In this document: one piece after another, positions 26,688 to 38,430 of the stretch | How the letters are laid out: each line of letters starts with the position of its first letter | Position numbering within the stretch: the first letter of the stretch is position 1 | Assembly (NCBI RefSeq): GCF_963921235.1 | Contig: NC_086108.1 | Coordinates: forward strand, 80,912,001 to 80,976,000 | DNA: 64,000 bases | Reading direction: 5' to 3' | From: Mobula hypostoma | Taxonomy: Eukaryota | The notes under the pieces: generated by a model | What the model was told of the DNA's origin: nothing | The model's database searches: none | The model's input: only the letters and a program-made list of their open reading frames with translations | Made by a program: the position numbers and the translations under genes

Positions 26688-27989
26688 GAAGTCAACAGGC
26701 TGTAGCAGCTAGCTACAACCTGGCGTCAAGCACAGGGTCCTCCATAATTTCAGAGGTCTGTACAGCTTTATGGAAAGCATTACAGCCAGAGATCCTTCCC
26801 TGCCCTTCAGTCGCCCAATGGGAAGCTACTGCAGTGTAGGAGGAAATGCGATGCTACCAAGCGGACCAATCACAGTTGTGCGGTCTGTGTCACCGCAACG
26901 CATAGTTACATTTTTGGGGAGCTGCGTGTCAGGCTACAGCGTAGATTTGACGCACAAGTATAAATTGGCCTTAAGGCCCAATCCACCTACACAAACCACG
27001 TTGCCTTTCTGAGTTCAACTCATGGGCACTGGACTCCTCAGCATAGAGGGTATTTTCCAAAGCTAACACCTCAAAAAGGCAGTATCATTTATTACAAACC
27101 CCCATTACCCAGGACACACACAGTTCTTAATGCTATCAAGATACAGGAGTGTAAAGCTGTTTTAGGAACAGCTTCTTCCCATCCCCTACCAGGTTTATTA
27201 AAGTACAATAAACCCATCATGTACACTACAATATACAGGCATGTATACATTTCTTGTTGCAATTTATTTTATCTTCTAAGGTCCATTCCTTTCCTACTTG
27301 TTTCCTTCAGTCCTTTAGCACTCCCCCTAACACCCCCAACTTCTTACATCATCCGCACCTTATTCTTGCCCCTTCCTTTCCAGTTCTGATTAAGAGCCTT
27401 AGTCTGAAACTTCAGCATTTAACCTTTTGCTGTCTATAACATCCTCATCCATATTAAAACTGATCCACATAGCACACCACCACCCTCAAGTCTGGACAAT
27501 ATAACCAAGGCCCATTTATCATGAGTAAACCATCAGAATACAGTGCAACGTTCACCCTTGAAAAACGAAGGCGTACTCAGTGTGAATGTTAAATTCCTTA
27601 AGGGTCAAAGAGCAGTGCAAGTAAAGGTAATAAACGATAATAAGGCAGAGAGATACAATTTCTTGATTTGGGTGCAGGTATACCAGACCAGGTGAAAATG
27701 CAAATCAGCCACAATAGCAAATAATAGACTTGAATCAAGATGCTCACACCTGCTTAACATTTGTACATGTTCAGAAATGCAATGGTCAGAATGTTATTCC
27801 AGAAAAACGTTTATTACGCCATTTTCAAAATAGATCAGAACTAATGCTTCTTCAGTTTGACTTCCTCCTACTGGTTATAGCACTGCTGAGCCAAGTTAAT
27901 TCTTCATGTGCAAACTGGAAGGAAAAAAACACATTACATTACCTATCAATACAACAGAAATTCTCTAACCAAATTACACCCTGCAACTA

Positions 27990-28071
27990 TTTCCAGATTT
28001 TCAGTGTACAAAAACAGCATCATTATTTCAGAAGCAGAACTGGTTAATGTTGTCATCATTAGATCAGGAAA
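27990..28071 (-). ncRNA. SNORD38: C/D box snoRNA U38, 3' copy
   Basis: C box ATGATGA (28053-28059), guide CCAGTTCTGCT antisense to 28S AGCAGAACTGG, D' CTGA, C' ATGATGC, D CTGA (28001-28004), terminal stem TTTCCTGAT/ATCTGGAAA. About 85 nt upstream of the last acceptor. Confidence 0.9.
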
Positions 28072-28452
28072 CAGTCTATCAGCACCCATCATTACAGAAC
28101 TACATTAATTACAAATACCCACACGTAACATAGCTGCTACTTGCCATGGATACTGTTCAGACCTCCTCCTCGCAAATGAGAAAATCTGAGGAAAGGAGCA
28201 CCTTTTCCAGCCCTGAAGGTCCCAGCCCGAAACGTAGACTGTTCACTCTTTCCCACAGGTGCTCCCTGGCCTGCTGAGTTCCTCCAGCATTGTGTGTTGC
28301 TTTAGACCTCCAACTTGCCTTTACTGGCTACTTAAATAAGAAGGTCTTCAAATCTGAAATACGATCCAAAGTCAAAAATAAGATACAACAGTAAGCAAAT
28401 AGGTCAAGTACTGCTGACAGGATATTCCCTGCCCATTTATTAATCTATACCA

Positions 28453-28533
28453 AGTCTTCTTCAGAACACTATAGATATCACCACAGATACTCAGAAGCAG
28501 AACTGACAAAAAGGTTTTCATCATGAGAAGACT
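28453..28533 (-). ncRNA. SNORD38: C/D box snoRNA U38, 5' copy
   Basis: C box ATGATGA (28518-28524), guide TCAGTTCTGCT, D' CTGA, C' GTGGTGA, D CTGA (28461-28464), and a perfect 8-bp terminal stem AGTCTTCT/AGAAGACT. Confidence 0.9.
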
Positions 28534-29379
28534 GGATCATTTGTAATGCAGAGTATCAACAGAAGTCAAAGAACCGAGAGACTCCATTCCCAGTTCTAGT
28601 TACTCTCTCACCCCTTCTCTTCTCACCTGCCTGCCAATTCCCTCTGGTTCCCCTCCTTATCTTTTGTCCACCGTTCTGTTTTAGATTCCTTCTTCAGTCT
28701 TTTACTTGTCAGCTTTTAACTTCATCTGCTCACCTGTCAGCTTATACTTGTTCCTGATTCCCAATATTATTCTTAATTTTTCCCTGCTCCCTATCCAGCC
28801 CTGAAGCAGCTCAGCCCAAAATGTTGATTTGTTTATTCCCTTCCATAGATGCTGCCTGACTTGCACTTCTCTAGCATTTTGTGTACTGTTCAAAATTCCC
28901 AATACTTGCAGAATCTTCTGTCTTTATAAAGCTGATACAGGCTCTCAGCCCCAAGGATCAGCTGGACATAGCATTCTTCAAGCAGAATGTTTTAGTTTTG
29001 CCTAAGATTCCGGCAATGATTTGTATATCTGATGCAGTTGAAAATGATCCTCAGTACTCTGGTTTTGATTTTAACAGTCAGGACAACCTCATCTTCAGAG
29101 TCCATTTATAAAAGGTGTTTTGGAATTTTGTCGACAGAAACGTTTAGAAAGGAAAATAAGTTTTAGCAATACCAGGTATACAACCACAGGGCACTCCGAC
29201 AATTCATAAAATAAGCACGTGGTGTGCAAGCAGGTTATCCAAACGAGTCTTAGTTATCCTACGGTAGTTTTTTTTAAATCAAAGCTTTCTACAGATCTGT
29301 TCTTCCCCACCTGCTATGCCATCCCATGTCCAAAGCCCTTGAGTTCTTTCACACTAGCAGATTACTTCTCAAAAATAAA

Positions 29380-29472
29380 GCAGTCTCAATTGTCGAAACT
29401 AATTATCAAAGAAACTCAGATCAGGCAACATTTGAAGTCCTACAAGCAGTTTTATGTTTTCATCACGATTGC
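29380..29472 (-). ncRNA. Diverged or decayed SNORD46-like C/D snoRNA
   Basis: C box GTGATGA (29460-29466). The 5' part GTGATGAAAACATAAAACTGCTTGTAGG resembles the RPS8 copy ATGATGACAATATGACTTTCTTGATAGG. The 3' part GTTTCTTTGATAATTA resembles GTTTCTTTGTCATAGTTA with the guide broken. Imperfect stem GCAATC/GACTGC. Confidence 0.55.
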
Positions 29473-29836
29473 AGCATTTACAATCTCCTACATCTGCACA
29501 AAGTTGTATTTTCTAAAGGAAATTACGAGAAGGTTAGCCATGCGAGTCGTTCTAGAAAATAGTTAAGGATAAAAAAAAATAGCTAAATATGAAACGCTAT
29601 AAGCAACCTGCAGTTATTTCGTTATTAAAATAAGACGCTTAAAGCAAAAGGGTCTCTAGTAAAATAAAATCAATACAATGACATACTTCACGATTGCAAG
29701 CTGGAGCCACAACTCATCCCGATTCTAACATCCGAACCGGTTTAACGCATCGCCATCTTTGGACACTAAAAGAAAAAAAAAGAAATTAATGTGAGCCCCC
29801 GGATGGAAACGCAATCAAGGAGAACACGTTGATTAA

Positions 29837-29913
29837 CGAGTGCTCAGTTCTCCAAGGTAAATCTCCACAATGTGAATTCGGAAACCGCAGAAAATTGTCC
29901 TCACAGACACTCG
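29837..29913 (-). ncRNA. SNORD55: C/D box snoRNA U55 (U39), second copy
   Basis: Variant C box GTGAGGA (29898-29904), guide TTACCTTGGAGA antisense to 28S TCTCCAAGGTGA with one G-U pair, D box CTGA (29844-29847), stem CGAGTG/CACTCG. About 77 nt upstream of the exon 2 acceptor. Confidence 0.85.
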
Positions 29914-30071
29914 CCTAGTTACTGTCCCACCGCCTGCACTTTCCCCCTCCCGATCCCGGGCTCATTTCGAGTCTGCCGCCGCGGCCTTCATTACCCTACC
30001 TCGCACATGGCCTCCGAGCCCGGGACAACAGCAGCCAAAACAAACCCATCACACACGGACACGGGTCTACC

Positions 30072-30195
30072 GGGGAAAAGGGCGAACAGCACCCTGACCC
30101 TCTCTATATATAGACTGGCGTGACGCAATGACGTTATCGAAGGCGACGAACACGTAACTATGCGATTGGCTGGAGGCGTGGTCTGTATATTGGTT
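30072..30195 (-). promoter_or_regulatory. Pol II promoter of the non-coding host: TOP start, TATA, CRE-like and CCAAT boxes
   Basis: CCCTTTTCCCC at 30082-30072, TATATATA at 30112-30105 (about -31), tandem TGACG sites at 30121-30133, and two CCAAT boxes (30165-30169, 30189-30193) in a CpG-rich patch. A YY1-like AAGATGGCG lies downstream at 29751-29759. Confidence 0.8.
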
Positions 30196-30559
30196 GTCCT
30201 TGGACGCGCAGCGATGTTTGTGAGGAGTCCCGGAGCGGGGTGTCGGCCTGAAACAGCGACCGTTTTTTCATTTCCATATACTGCCTGATCTGTTGACTTC
30301 CTCCAGCATTTTGTGTGTGTGTTGCTTTGGATTCCAGCTTCTGCAGACCTTCTTATGTGTCTGTAATGTACTAGCTTGAAAGAGCAGCGAAGGACCTTGG
30401 ACGTTAAGCATAGTGTTCCTCATTTCCCAGATGACACTTGGCCAGATGTTTCTGTTCTGCTTTTATTCTTTGGAAAGGGATACTATATTCGGCTCATATG
30501 CCTACGTTTCAATTAATCGTACTCCTAAGCTGTTTTTTTTTTCTACACAGAACAATACT

Positions 30560-32280
30560 GTATAGCCTCCCATTCCATGCCTAGACTGCATTTCAGAAAA
30601 TCTGATCACTTGGCTGTCTTACCTGCATACAGGCAGAGGCTAAAGAGCAAAGCTCCAGAGACAAGCATAACAAAGAGGTGGTGGAGGGAGGCAGGGGAGC
30701 GGCTACGCGATTTCTTCAAGACTGTGCAGTGGGCTGTGTTCAAGGACTCAGCAGACGATCTGAATGAATACACCACAGTGGTCATGGACCTTTTACAAAC
30801 AGATGAGTGTGTCCTCACAAAATTATCCAGAGTCTTCCCCAACCAGAAGCCCTGGAGATCCGCAATCTGCTGAGGGCCAGATCAGGAGCCCTCAGGTCTG
30901 GTGACCAAATAAGATACGAGAGGTCTAGTTATAATCTCTGGAAAGCGATCTCACATGTGAAGCGGCAATTCTGGACCAAACTTGAATCATTGAAGAATGC
31001 GCGACAGCTGTGGTAGGACTTGAGTGCTATCACCTCCTACGAAGTGAAATCAGGCGAAATGGTTTCATTCCCCGATGAGCTCAATTCCTTTTTCGCTCAC
31101 TTTGACCAGAGGCACCTTCACGAACTACACAGCCTTTGATGACCTGTAATTTCGGTCTCTGAGCATCCTTCAGGGGGATGTACCCACAGAAAGCATCCAG
31201 CCCAGATGGAGTACCAGGTCAAGTACTAAAGACCAGCTGGAGTGTCCACTGTTATCTGTAACTTCTCGCTTCAGCGGTTTGAAGTACCCACCTTCTTCAA
31301 GCAGACTTTAATTATTCCGGTGCCTAAGAAGAATGTGGTAACCTGCCTAAATGATTATCATTCAGTAGCACTTACATCCACAGTGATGAAGTGTTAGAGA
31401 GGTTTGTGATGAAACATATCACCACCTACATGAGAAGTGACTTGGATATGCTCCAATTTGCCTACTGTCACAACAGATGCTACTTCATTGGCTCTTCACT
31501 CAATCCTGGGACATCTAGACAGCAAAAATGCAAACATCAGGGTGTTCTTTATCGACAACTTGGCAATCAATACTATCATCTCCTCAGAACTTATCAATAA
31601 ACTTCAAGACCTTGGCCTCAATGCTTCCTTGTGCAGCTGGATCCTCGATTTCCTCACTTGTAGACCACTGTTAGTTTGGATTGATAAAAACATCTCTTCC
31701 ACAATTTCCATCAGCACAGGTGCACCACAAGGCTGTGTATTTAGCCCCCTGCATTATTCGCTTTACACTGCTGACTGTGAGGCTAAACACAGCTCCAATG
31801 CCATATTTAAGTTTGCTGATGACACCGCTGTTGTTGCCCGAATCCAAGGAGGTGACATATCAGCATATAGGAGGGAGATTGAAAATCTGCTGGAGTGTTG
31901 CAACAGCAATTTCTCAGTGTCCACAAGACCAAGAAAAGGAGCTAATTATTGATTTTAGGAGGAGGAAACTGGAATCCATGAGCCTGTCCGCATTAGGGGA
32001 TCAGAGGTGGAGAGGGTCAGCGCCTTTGAATTTATTATTTCAGAGGATCTGTCCTGGGCCCAGCATGTAAATATCATTATGAAGAAAACACAGTAGCACC
32101 TGTACTTCTTTAGAAGTTTGCAAATATTTGGCATGATATCTAAAACTTTGACAAACTTCTGTAAATGTGTGGTGGAGAGTAGATTGACTGGTTGCATCAT
32201 GGCCTGGTATGGAAACACCAATGTCCTTGAATAGAAAATCTTACAAAAAGCAGTGGGTTCTGCTCAGCCCATCATCGTCA
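30560..32280 (+). mobile_element. Degenerate Rex1-type LINE
   Basis: KSDHLAV, FPNQKPW, LQFAY, STGAPQGCVFSPLHYSLYT and FKFADDTAVV. Confidence 0.85.
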
Positions 32281-33346
32281 CATGTCCCGGTCCAAAGGCA
32301 GCATCACGATCCCTTACCCGTGCACGGACTTCCGCAATAAACCATGACTTCTGATTTGCCCTCACCTGGATATCCTCCCTACACTTCTCTATGTAGCTGG
32401 TCACAGAATCCACATATTCCTCGATGTTAATGTGGTTGCCGTAGATAGCAGCTTCCCTGAACATTCTCCAGTTCGTTTTTTCAAAGCAGTTCTGCATTGC
32501 TGAGATTGCCCCCTCAGGCCAGGTTTTCACCACCTTTAGAACTGGTTTGGCCTGTTTTGATCAGTGGTTTATATGGTGGAATTTGCATTACAGATAAGTG
32601 ATCAGAGTCCAATGTGGGGTTGAGGGACAGCTGTATATGCATGCACCTGGTATGGGCCAGCCAGTGGTGGTGTGGCATCAGCACTGAACTTCTAGGTGGA
32701 TGGTCCCAAGTTCGAACCTAACTGGGTCCCAACCTGAGGAGCAGCGGTATCTGCATGGAAGAAAGGCCTAGCAACATACTTCTGTATCTTGCCACAAAAA
32801 CCCTATAGACAACTATATGAGTCAATGATGACTCGACAACAACATGTTAGTATAAATCAGGTCTGGTGTATTTTCACAAAGAGAGAATCTGCAAATCTGC
32901 GCTGGAAATCCAGAATGGGTCAGGCAGCATCTCTATAAAGGGTCTCAATCCCTCCACGGATGCTGCCTGACATGTGGAGTCCTCCAATATCAAATGCATT
33001 GCGCTACATCCTTTGACAGGTGGGAAGAGGCGATCTGAAAGGAGGGGCAGAGTGAGTATTTTTTTAAAGGAACGCTTTGTGCTGATCCAGAATAACCACT
33101 ATCAAGATGGGCATTCATTAGGCATAAGCACTTTTAGAAAAATATATATACAGGGCCTTAGGCACAACAAGTAGAGAATGGGAAAGTACTGATTTCATGA
33201 GTTTGTGTGGACTCAATGAGCAAAATGAGTCCCCCTTTAAGTGTTACCCCTGCTAACAGCCACATGACTTAAGTGGTGAGAAGGCTTCTTTTCATAAGCA
33301 ATATACTTCCAGGGTCGGTATGATTCGAGCAACCAAACAGGAACGT

Positions 33347-33986
33347 TGTGATGTTCCAATTAAAGAAACCTCGTTTTGAATGATTGGTGTATAAATACTG
33401 CCCATACTCAGTTATTGGTCAGCAAGAAATTACAGATTGTACGCCACATAAAATTATAAAAGTATATTTACTAATTTCAGCTCTATCTGTTATTAGGGGA
33501 AAAAAGAAATGTCCTTTTACAGTTAAACCAGTCCAATGCACACATAACCATTGAAGCACATATTGGAGTATTCAGGGATGTATCTCTTTACTTAAGCGCT
33601 GGACCTACAGTCTGTGTGAAAACACTCGCCACATTTTCGAACTCCCCTCAAAGACCATCTCAAGCTCTCTCTCATATGAATATTGCCCTTCCTCCTTGGA
33701 GCTATTCATCTGCACTTCTTGCAACGGGGGAACTCTCCTTTCCACAGTAGTCTGTGGCAGCTTCCCTTCTATCCCACTTCGCAGCTCCTGCCAAAAATGC
33801 CCAAACTGGGCTACTTTCTCCAGATCCCACCATGCTGATTGGCTAACACCACATTCCTAATTTGAACAGCAGGGCTTCTTTGCCGAAACAAAAACAAATT
33901 CTTCCAGCAGAACACACTGCTTTTGCAGAAAACTGCTAAAATGAGACCTACAGCAAAGCAGTAGAAATCTTAACCTGGGCATTACA
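33347..33986. repeat. Possible solo LTR
   Basis: Begins TGTGATGTTC and ends GGGCATTACA, an imperfect TG...CA inverted terminus. No TSD confirmed. Confidence 0.3.
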
Positions 33987-36900
33987 TAAGTTATTATTGA
34001 AAACACAACTCATTGGTTAAGAATCACCTGCAATTCTGTGAACTATTTCAGGCCCTTTGAAGGTGGACATGGAGAGCTGACCATAATGCCAAGTCTAAAG
34101 GAATCCTGCACACGGTCCGTACCCCACTATTCTATGCCTGCTCACATCAATGTCTCAATATCACTCCAACGTCGCTACCCACCACCTCCCTGGCAGCATG
34201 TTACAGCCACATACCAAAGGAAATGCCTTCCACAACTCCTTTAAACTTCCCCACCCCTCACCTTAGAATCAAGCCGTCCAGTATTTGATCTTTCCACCCT
34301 GGTTAAAAGACCCAATTTATCCTATATATGCCCTTCAAAATGGAATGTACTGCTACAGGTTGCCTCTCAGCCACTGATGCTCCAGCAAAAACAAATCCAA
34401 ATTTCCCAGCTTCTCCATGTTACTAATATGCTCTAATTCAGGCAATATTCTTTGTGTACATGGAATGCACCATCTCCAAAACCTCTACATCTTATATAGC
34501 ATGGCAACCAGAAATGCATATGCATATATTCCAATTGTTGCCTAATCAAACTTTTATATTGCTGTTTCAGAAAAGTTAATGTTTTCTGACATTTGGCTCT
34601 CTTCCAGGCCGGGTAGGATCTGTACAAATGGGGTGGTTTACACCTGAACGGGAAGGAGGGGGGGCACACATATCCTCGTGGGAAGGTTTTCTGCTCAAGA
34701 GTGCTTCATAAGAGTTGCAGGGGGTGGGAACTAAAGTGGCAGGACAGCAAGTGGAGCGGCTATGGTGAAAGTATATGCTAAGCCTACAAGCTAAGATGGA
34801 AACTGAAAGGTTGAGCATGGCGAGACCTGGGAATACAGGTCCATAAATCATTGACAGTAACATCACAGGTGACTAAGATAGTAAAGAGATCATTTAGTAC
34901 ATTGGCCATCATAAATCAGGGCAATGAGTATAGGAGTTGGAATGTCATGGTGAAGTTGTACAAAGTTGTGAAAAGGCAAAATTTAGTCTATAATGTGTAG
35001 CTTTGGTGAGCTAACTACAGGAAACACATCAGTAATCTTGAAAGAGTACAGGGAAAATTTACAAGTTATAGGAAAAAGTTGAACAGATTGGGACTTTATT
35101 CCCTGGAATGGAGATTTACAAAGGCACGCACAATTATGAATGGTATAGGTAGGATGAATGAATGTCCCTTTCCCCTCACGTTGGATGAGACAAGAACTAG
35201 AGGTGCAACCACGAGGAATTCTGCAGATGCTGGAAATTCAAGCAACACACATCAAAGTTGCTGGTGAATGCAGCAGGCCAGGCAGCATCTCTAGGAAGAG
35301 GTACAGTCAACATTTCCGGCCGAGACCCTTTTAGATGTGGGTACAATAGTAAAATTTAAGATAACTTTCGACAGGTACATGAAAGGTGTGTGAATGGCTA
35401 GGGTCTGTCTGGATGCAGGTAGATGGCACTGGGAAGATCACAATGGCATGAACTAGATGGGCCAGAGTCTGTAACTATGCTGTGGTGTTTTGACTCTATA
35501 TTAGTATATTAACATATTTAACACATTAAATTACAAATTACAATAATTTATATTTTATTTCTTTTACCAAAGTTGGAAGTAGGAACATTTAAAAAGGTAA
35601 GTCTCAAAATCTGATGGCTGCGGTAAGACAAGAGAAGGCTGAGAAAAGGCTGGTGAGTTTTCCTTCTCAACATTACTGAGCGGCAGTGAAATTTTCCTCA
35701 CATACAATGTGAGAGATCCGGGACTCTACACCTGTGGGAAGGATGCCTAGTTCCACATTGACTACATTAATGAACTGGAGCTGGAGGTGAACATGGTTGG
35801 AAACACAGCTTTATTGATCCACTTTGAGGTTGTCACTCTTAAGGTGCAGATGACAATAAGGTTTGGTGACCACCCCCCCAGGAGTAGCAAGGGAAACAGA
35901 CAGGGCAGGACCATGCTAAAGCCCTTCTGTTCAGTAGCATATACCACATTGGGGAATGCTGTGGGAGTAATGAGCTTTCTGGGCAAAGTAACAGTAGACA
36001 GGTTGGTGGCACTGAAACTGGCTCTGAGGTTCAGTAGCAAGGGAAAAGACAGACAGGGCATTGTGCAAAGGATCTATGCTGTGCTGTATCTCAATGAATA
36101 ATTACCCTAGCACCGGGCTGTGAGGTCTTCACCTCTTCTCTGTATATCATCTCGTTGTTGGTGATGAGCCCTACCACTGTTGTCACCAGCGAAATTGACA
36201 AGGTGATTACTTGGGCGTTTGCCTGTGCAGTCATGTATGGGCAGTGGGCTCAGCACACAGCTCTGTGAGGGGCACCCCTGTTGAGGATAATGGGGATTGA
36301 GGAGCGGCTGTACATCCCGACTAATTGAGGTCTGTTTGTTAGTAAGTCCAACACCCAGTCACACACTGGGAATTTGTTCCCCAAGGACTGTGGGACAAAT
36401 GTTGAATGTTAAACTGGAATCCAGAAACAGCTGTGTCCTTGTTTTCTAGGAATGTCCGGGTCAGGTGCACGACATATGTTAAAGCAACTGTTTCAAAATG
36501 GTTTCAGATATCCTAGTGCACATTAGTACCAATGCTGCAAGTAAAAGAGTGATGAGTTCCTCTATGGTGAATATAGGGAGTTAAGAAATTAAACAGCAGC
36601 CATAACCTCTGGATTACTTGCAGCACCATATGCTCACGAACAAGGGAAAACAGAAAGTTAGAGCTGATGAATGTGTGGCTGAGGAGCCGATGCAGGGTTT
36701 CAAGATGACTGTAACAGTGGTCACAGCTTACCAGGATGCTACCTGTATTTGAGGGTATTAGTTTTAAGTAATGAGGTTGGACACAAATAATGAATGTTTT
36801 TAATCGGCAAGTGCCACTGTCAAATGTAGTAGTGTGCAGGGAGAAAGGATTTAATTTGGCATACTTGGCACATCATGGAACAGAGTTGGCCATGTGCTGT

Positions 36901-37694
36901 CATAATCTATGCTCTCTCATTCATTGGGGTTCTCTCAGCTCCTCTACCATCAGTTAAGTATGCCACATTATCCTTTAATAAACTCATGGGCATTAGTTTT
37001 TTTTTAAACTGCAAGTAGCTTTTGCCCCATTCTTGATTCAGATCAATCAATAGGCTACCAGGACCAAAACTGTTAGGCTGTTCACTGATTATAATTTCTA
37101 GCACTCCCACATCTGGTGTTACAATGAGGGTTTCTCCTTCTGTAGTAGTGTACTTCTCTTAATATACTTCAGAGCATATTCTATCAGGCAAGCTTAAAAT
37201 TTTAGTCTTTCCTACTTCAAATTCTACAGAAAATACAACATAAAAGCCCCTCAACCTTATTTCAATCCCCCCTATAACCTTTGATATGCCCCCTTTTAAT
37301 TAAGAACCTATCAAGCTTAACTTTAAATATATGTAAATGACTTGGCCTCTACAGTCATCCATGGCAACAAATCCCAGATTCATCATCCTCTGGCTAAAGA
37401 AATCCCTCCATCTGTTCTAAAGGGACATGCTTGTATTCTGAGACTATGTCTTTTGATCCTAGACCTCCCCCAACCTCTAAGAAAACACCCTCTCCACATT
37501 GTTGATCAAGGCCTTTCAATATTTACTAAGTTTTAATGACTTCAACACGTACTGTATAAGAGCCATTAAATGCTCCTCATACATTAGCTCTTTCATTTCT
37601 AGGACAATTCTCATGAACTTTCTCCATACCCTCTCAATGCCAACAGATCCTTTTTTAGAGAAGTGGTTCAAAACCGCTTGCTCTCATCCCAAAC

Positions 37695-38430
37695 GCAAAA
37701 ATCTGCAGATGCTGGAAATCCAAGCAACACACCCAAAAAATGCTGGAATAACTCAGCAGGCCAGGCAGCATCGATGGAAGAGTACATTTGGCTTTTTTGG
37801 GCTGAGACCCTTCAGCAGGGCTGGAGAAAAAAGCCAACAAGACTTAAAAGGTGGGGGCAGGGGTAATTACTGGAAGTTTGAGAAACTAATGTTTATGCCA
37901 TCAAGATGGAGGCTACCCAGATGGAATACAAGGTGATGTTCCTCCAACCAGAGTGTGGCCACATCACATTGGAGGCCACAGGTATTTTTCAGAATGGGAA
38001 GTGGAATTAAAATGGGTGGCCACTAGGAGACCCTTTTTCAGGCAGATGGAGAGTAGGTGCTCAGTGAAGCTATCTCCTAATCTACATCGGGTATCACCAA
38101 GAGGGCACACTGGACACATTATATGACCCCAATAGACTCACAAGTGAAGCATCAACTGAAAGGACTGTTTGGGGCCCTGAATGGTAGTGAGGGAGGTGTA
38201 GCATTTGTTCCACTTACTAAGTTAAGTGTCAGGAGGGAGGTCAGTGTGGAGGGATGAAAAGACAAGGAAGTTGCATAGGGGGTGATCCCTGTGGAGAGCA
38301 GACCCCCTTCAAAATCTACTCTGCAGCTTTTAAACTCCAGTCCTGCTTAAGGGTCTCAGCCTGACACAGGGATTGTACTCTTCTTTCGATGCAGCCCGGC
38401 CTGCTGAGCTCCTCCAACATCTTGTGTGTT
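37695..38430 (-). mobile_element. Penelope-like element fragment with inverted terminal segments, within a CR1 remnant
   Basis: Reverse complement of the HLVFHLGSL-type endonuclease terminus, flanked by GATGCTGGAAATCC...GAGACCCTT and its inverse. Confidence 0.55.

Larger units (their letters stand above)
22824..26971 (+). mobile_element. PIF/Harbinger DNA transposon, deleted and split by a CR1 insertion
   Basis: 22-bp TIRs AGGCTGATTTATACTTTTGCGT and ACGCACAAGTATAAATTGGCCT, TAA TSD on both sides. Transposase peptides [23 protein letters not shown]...[13 protein letters not shown] resume after 26690 as [33 protein letters not shown]. Confidence 0.85.
27790..30082 (-). ncRNA. Putative 5'TOP non-coding snoRNA host gene (RPS8-derived paralog)
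   Basis: TATA and TOP start. Exon 1 runs from about 30081 to 30046 (ATGG|gtttgt) or 30000 (GAG|gtaggg). Exon 2 is 29765-29687 (tttcttttag|...|gtatgt). Tentative exons at 29353-29311 and about 28353-28325. Terminal exon starts at 27914 (ttttccttccag|) with AATAAA at 27810-27815. Four C/D snoRNA sequences lie in the introns, and there is no RPS8-like ORF. Confidence 0.8.

Noticed and set aside
29049..29105. Fifth C/D snoRNA in the non-coding host (AAGATGA...CTGA...CTGA)
   Set aside because: The C box is non-canonical, there is no convincing stem, and I recognise no rRNA complementarity.
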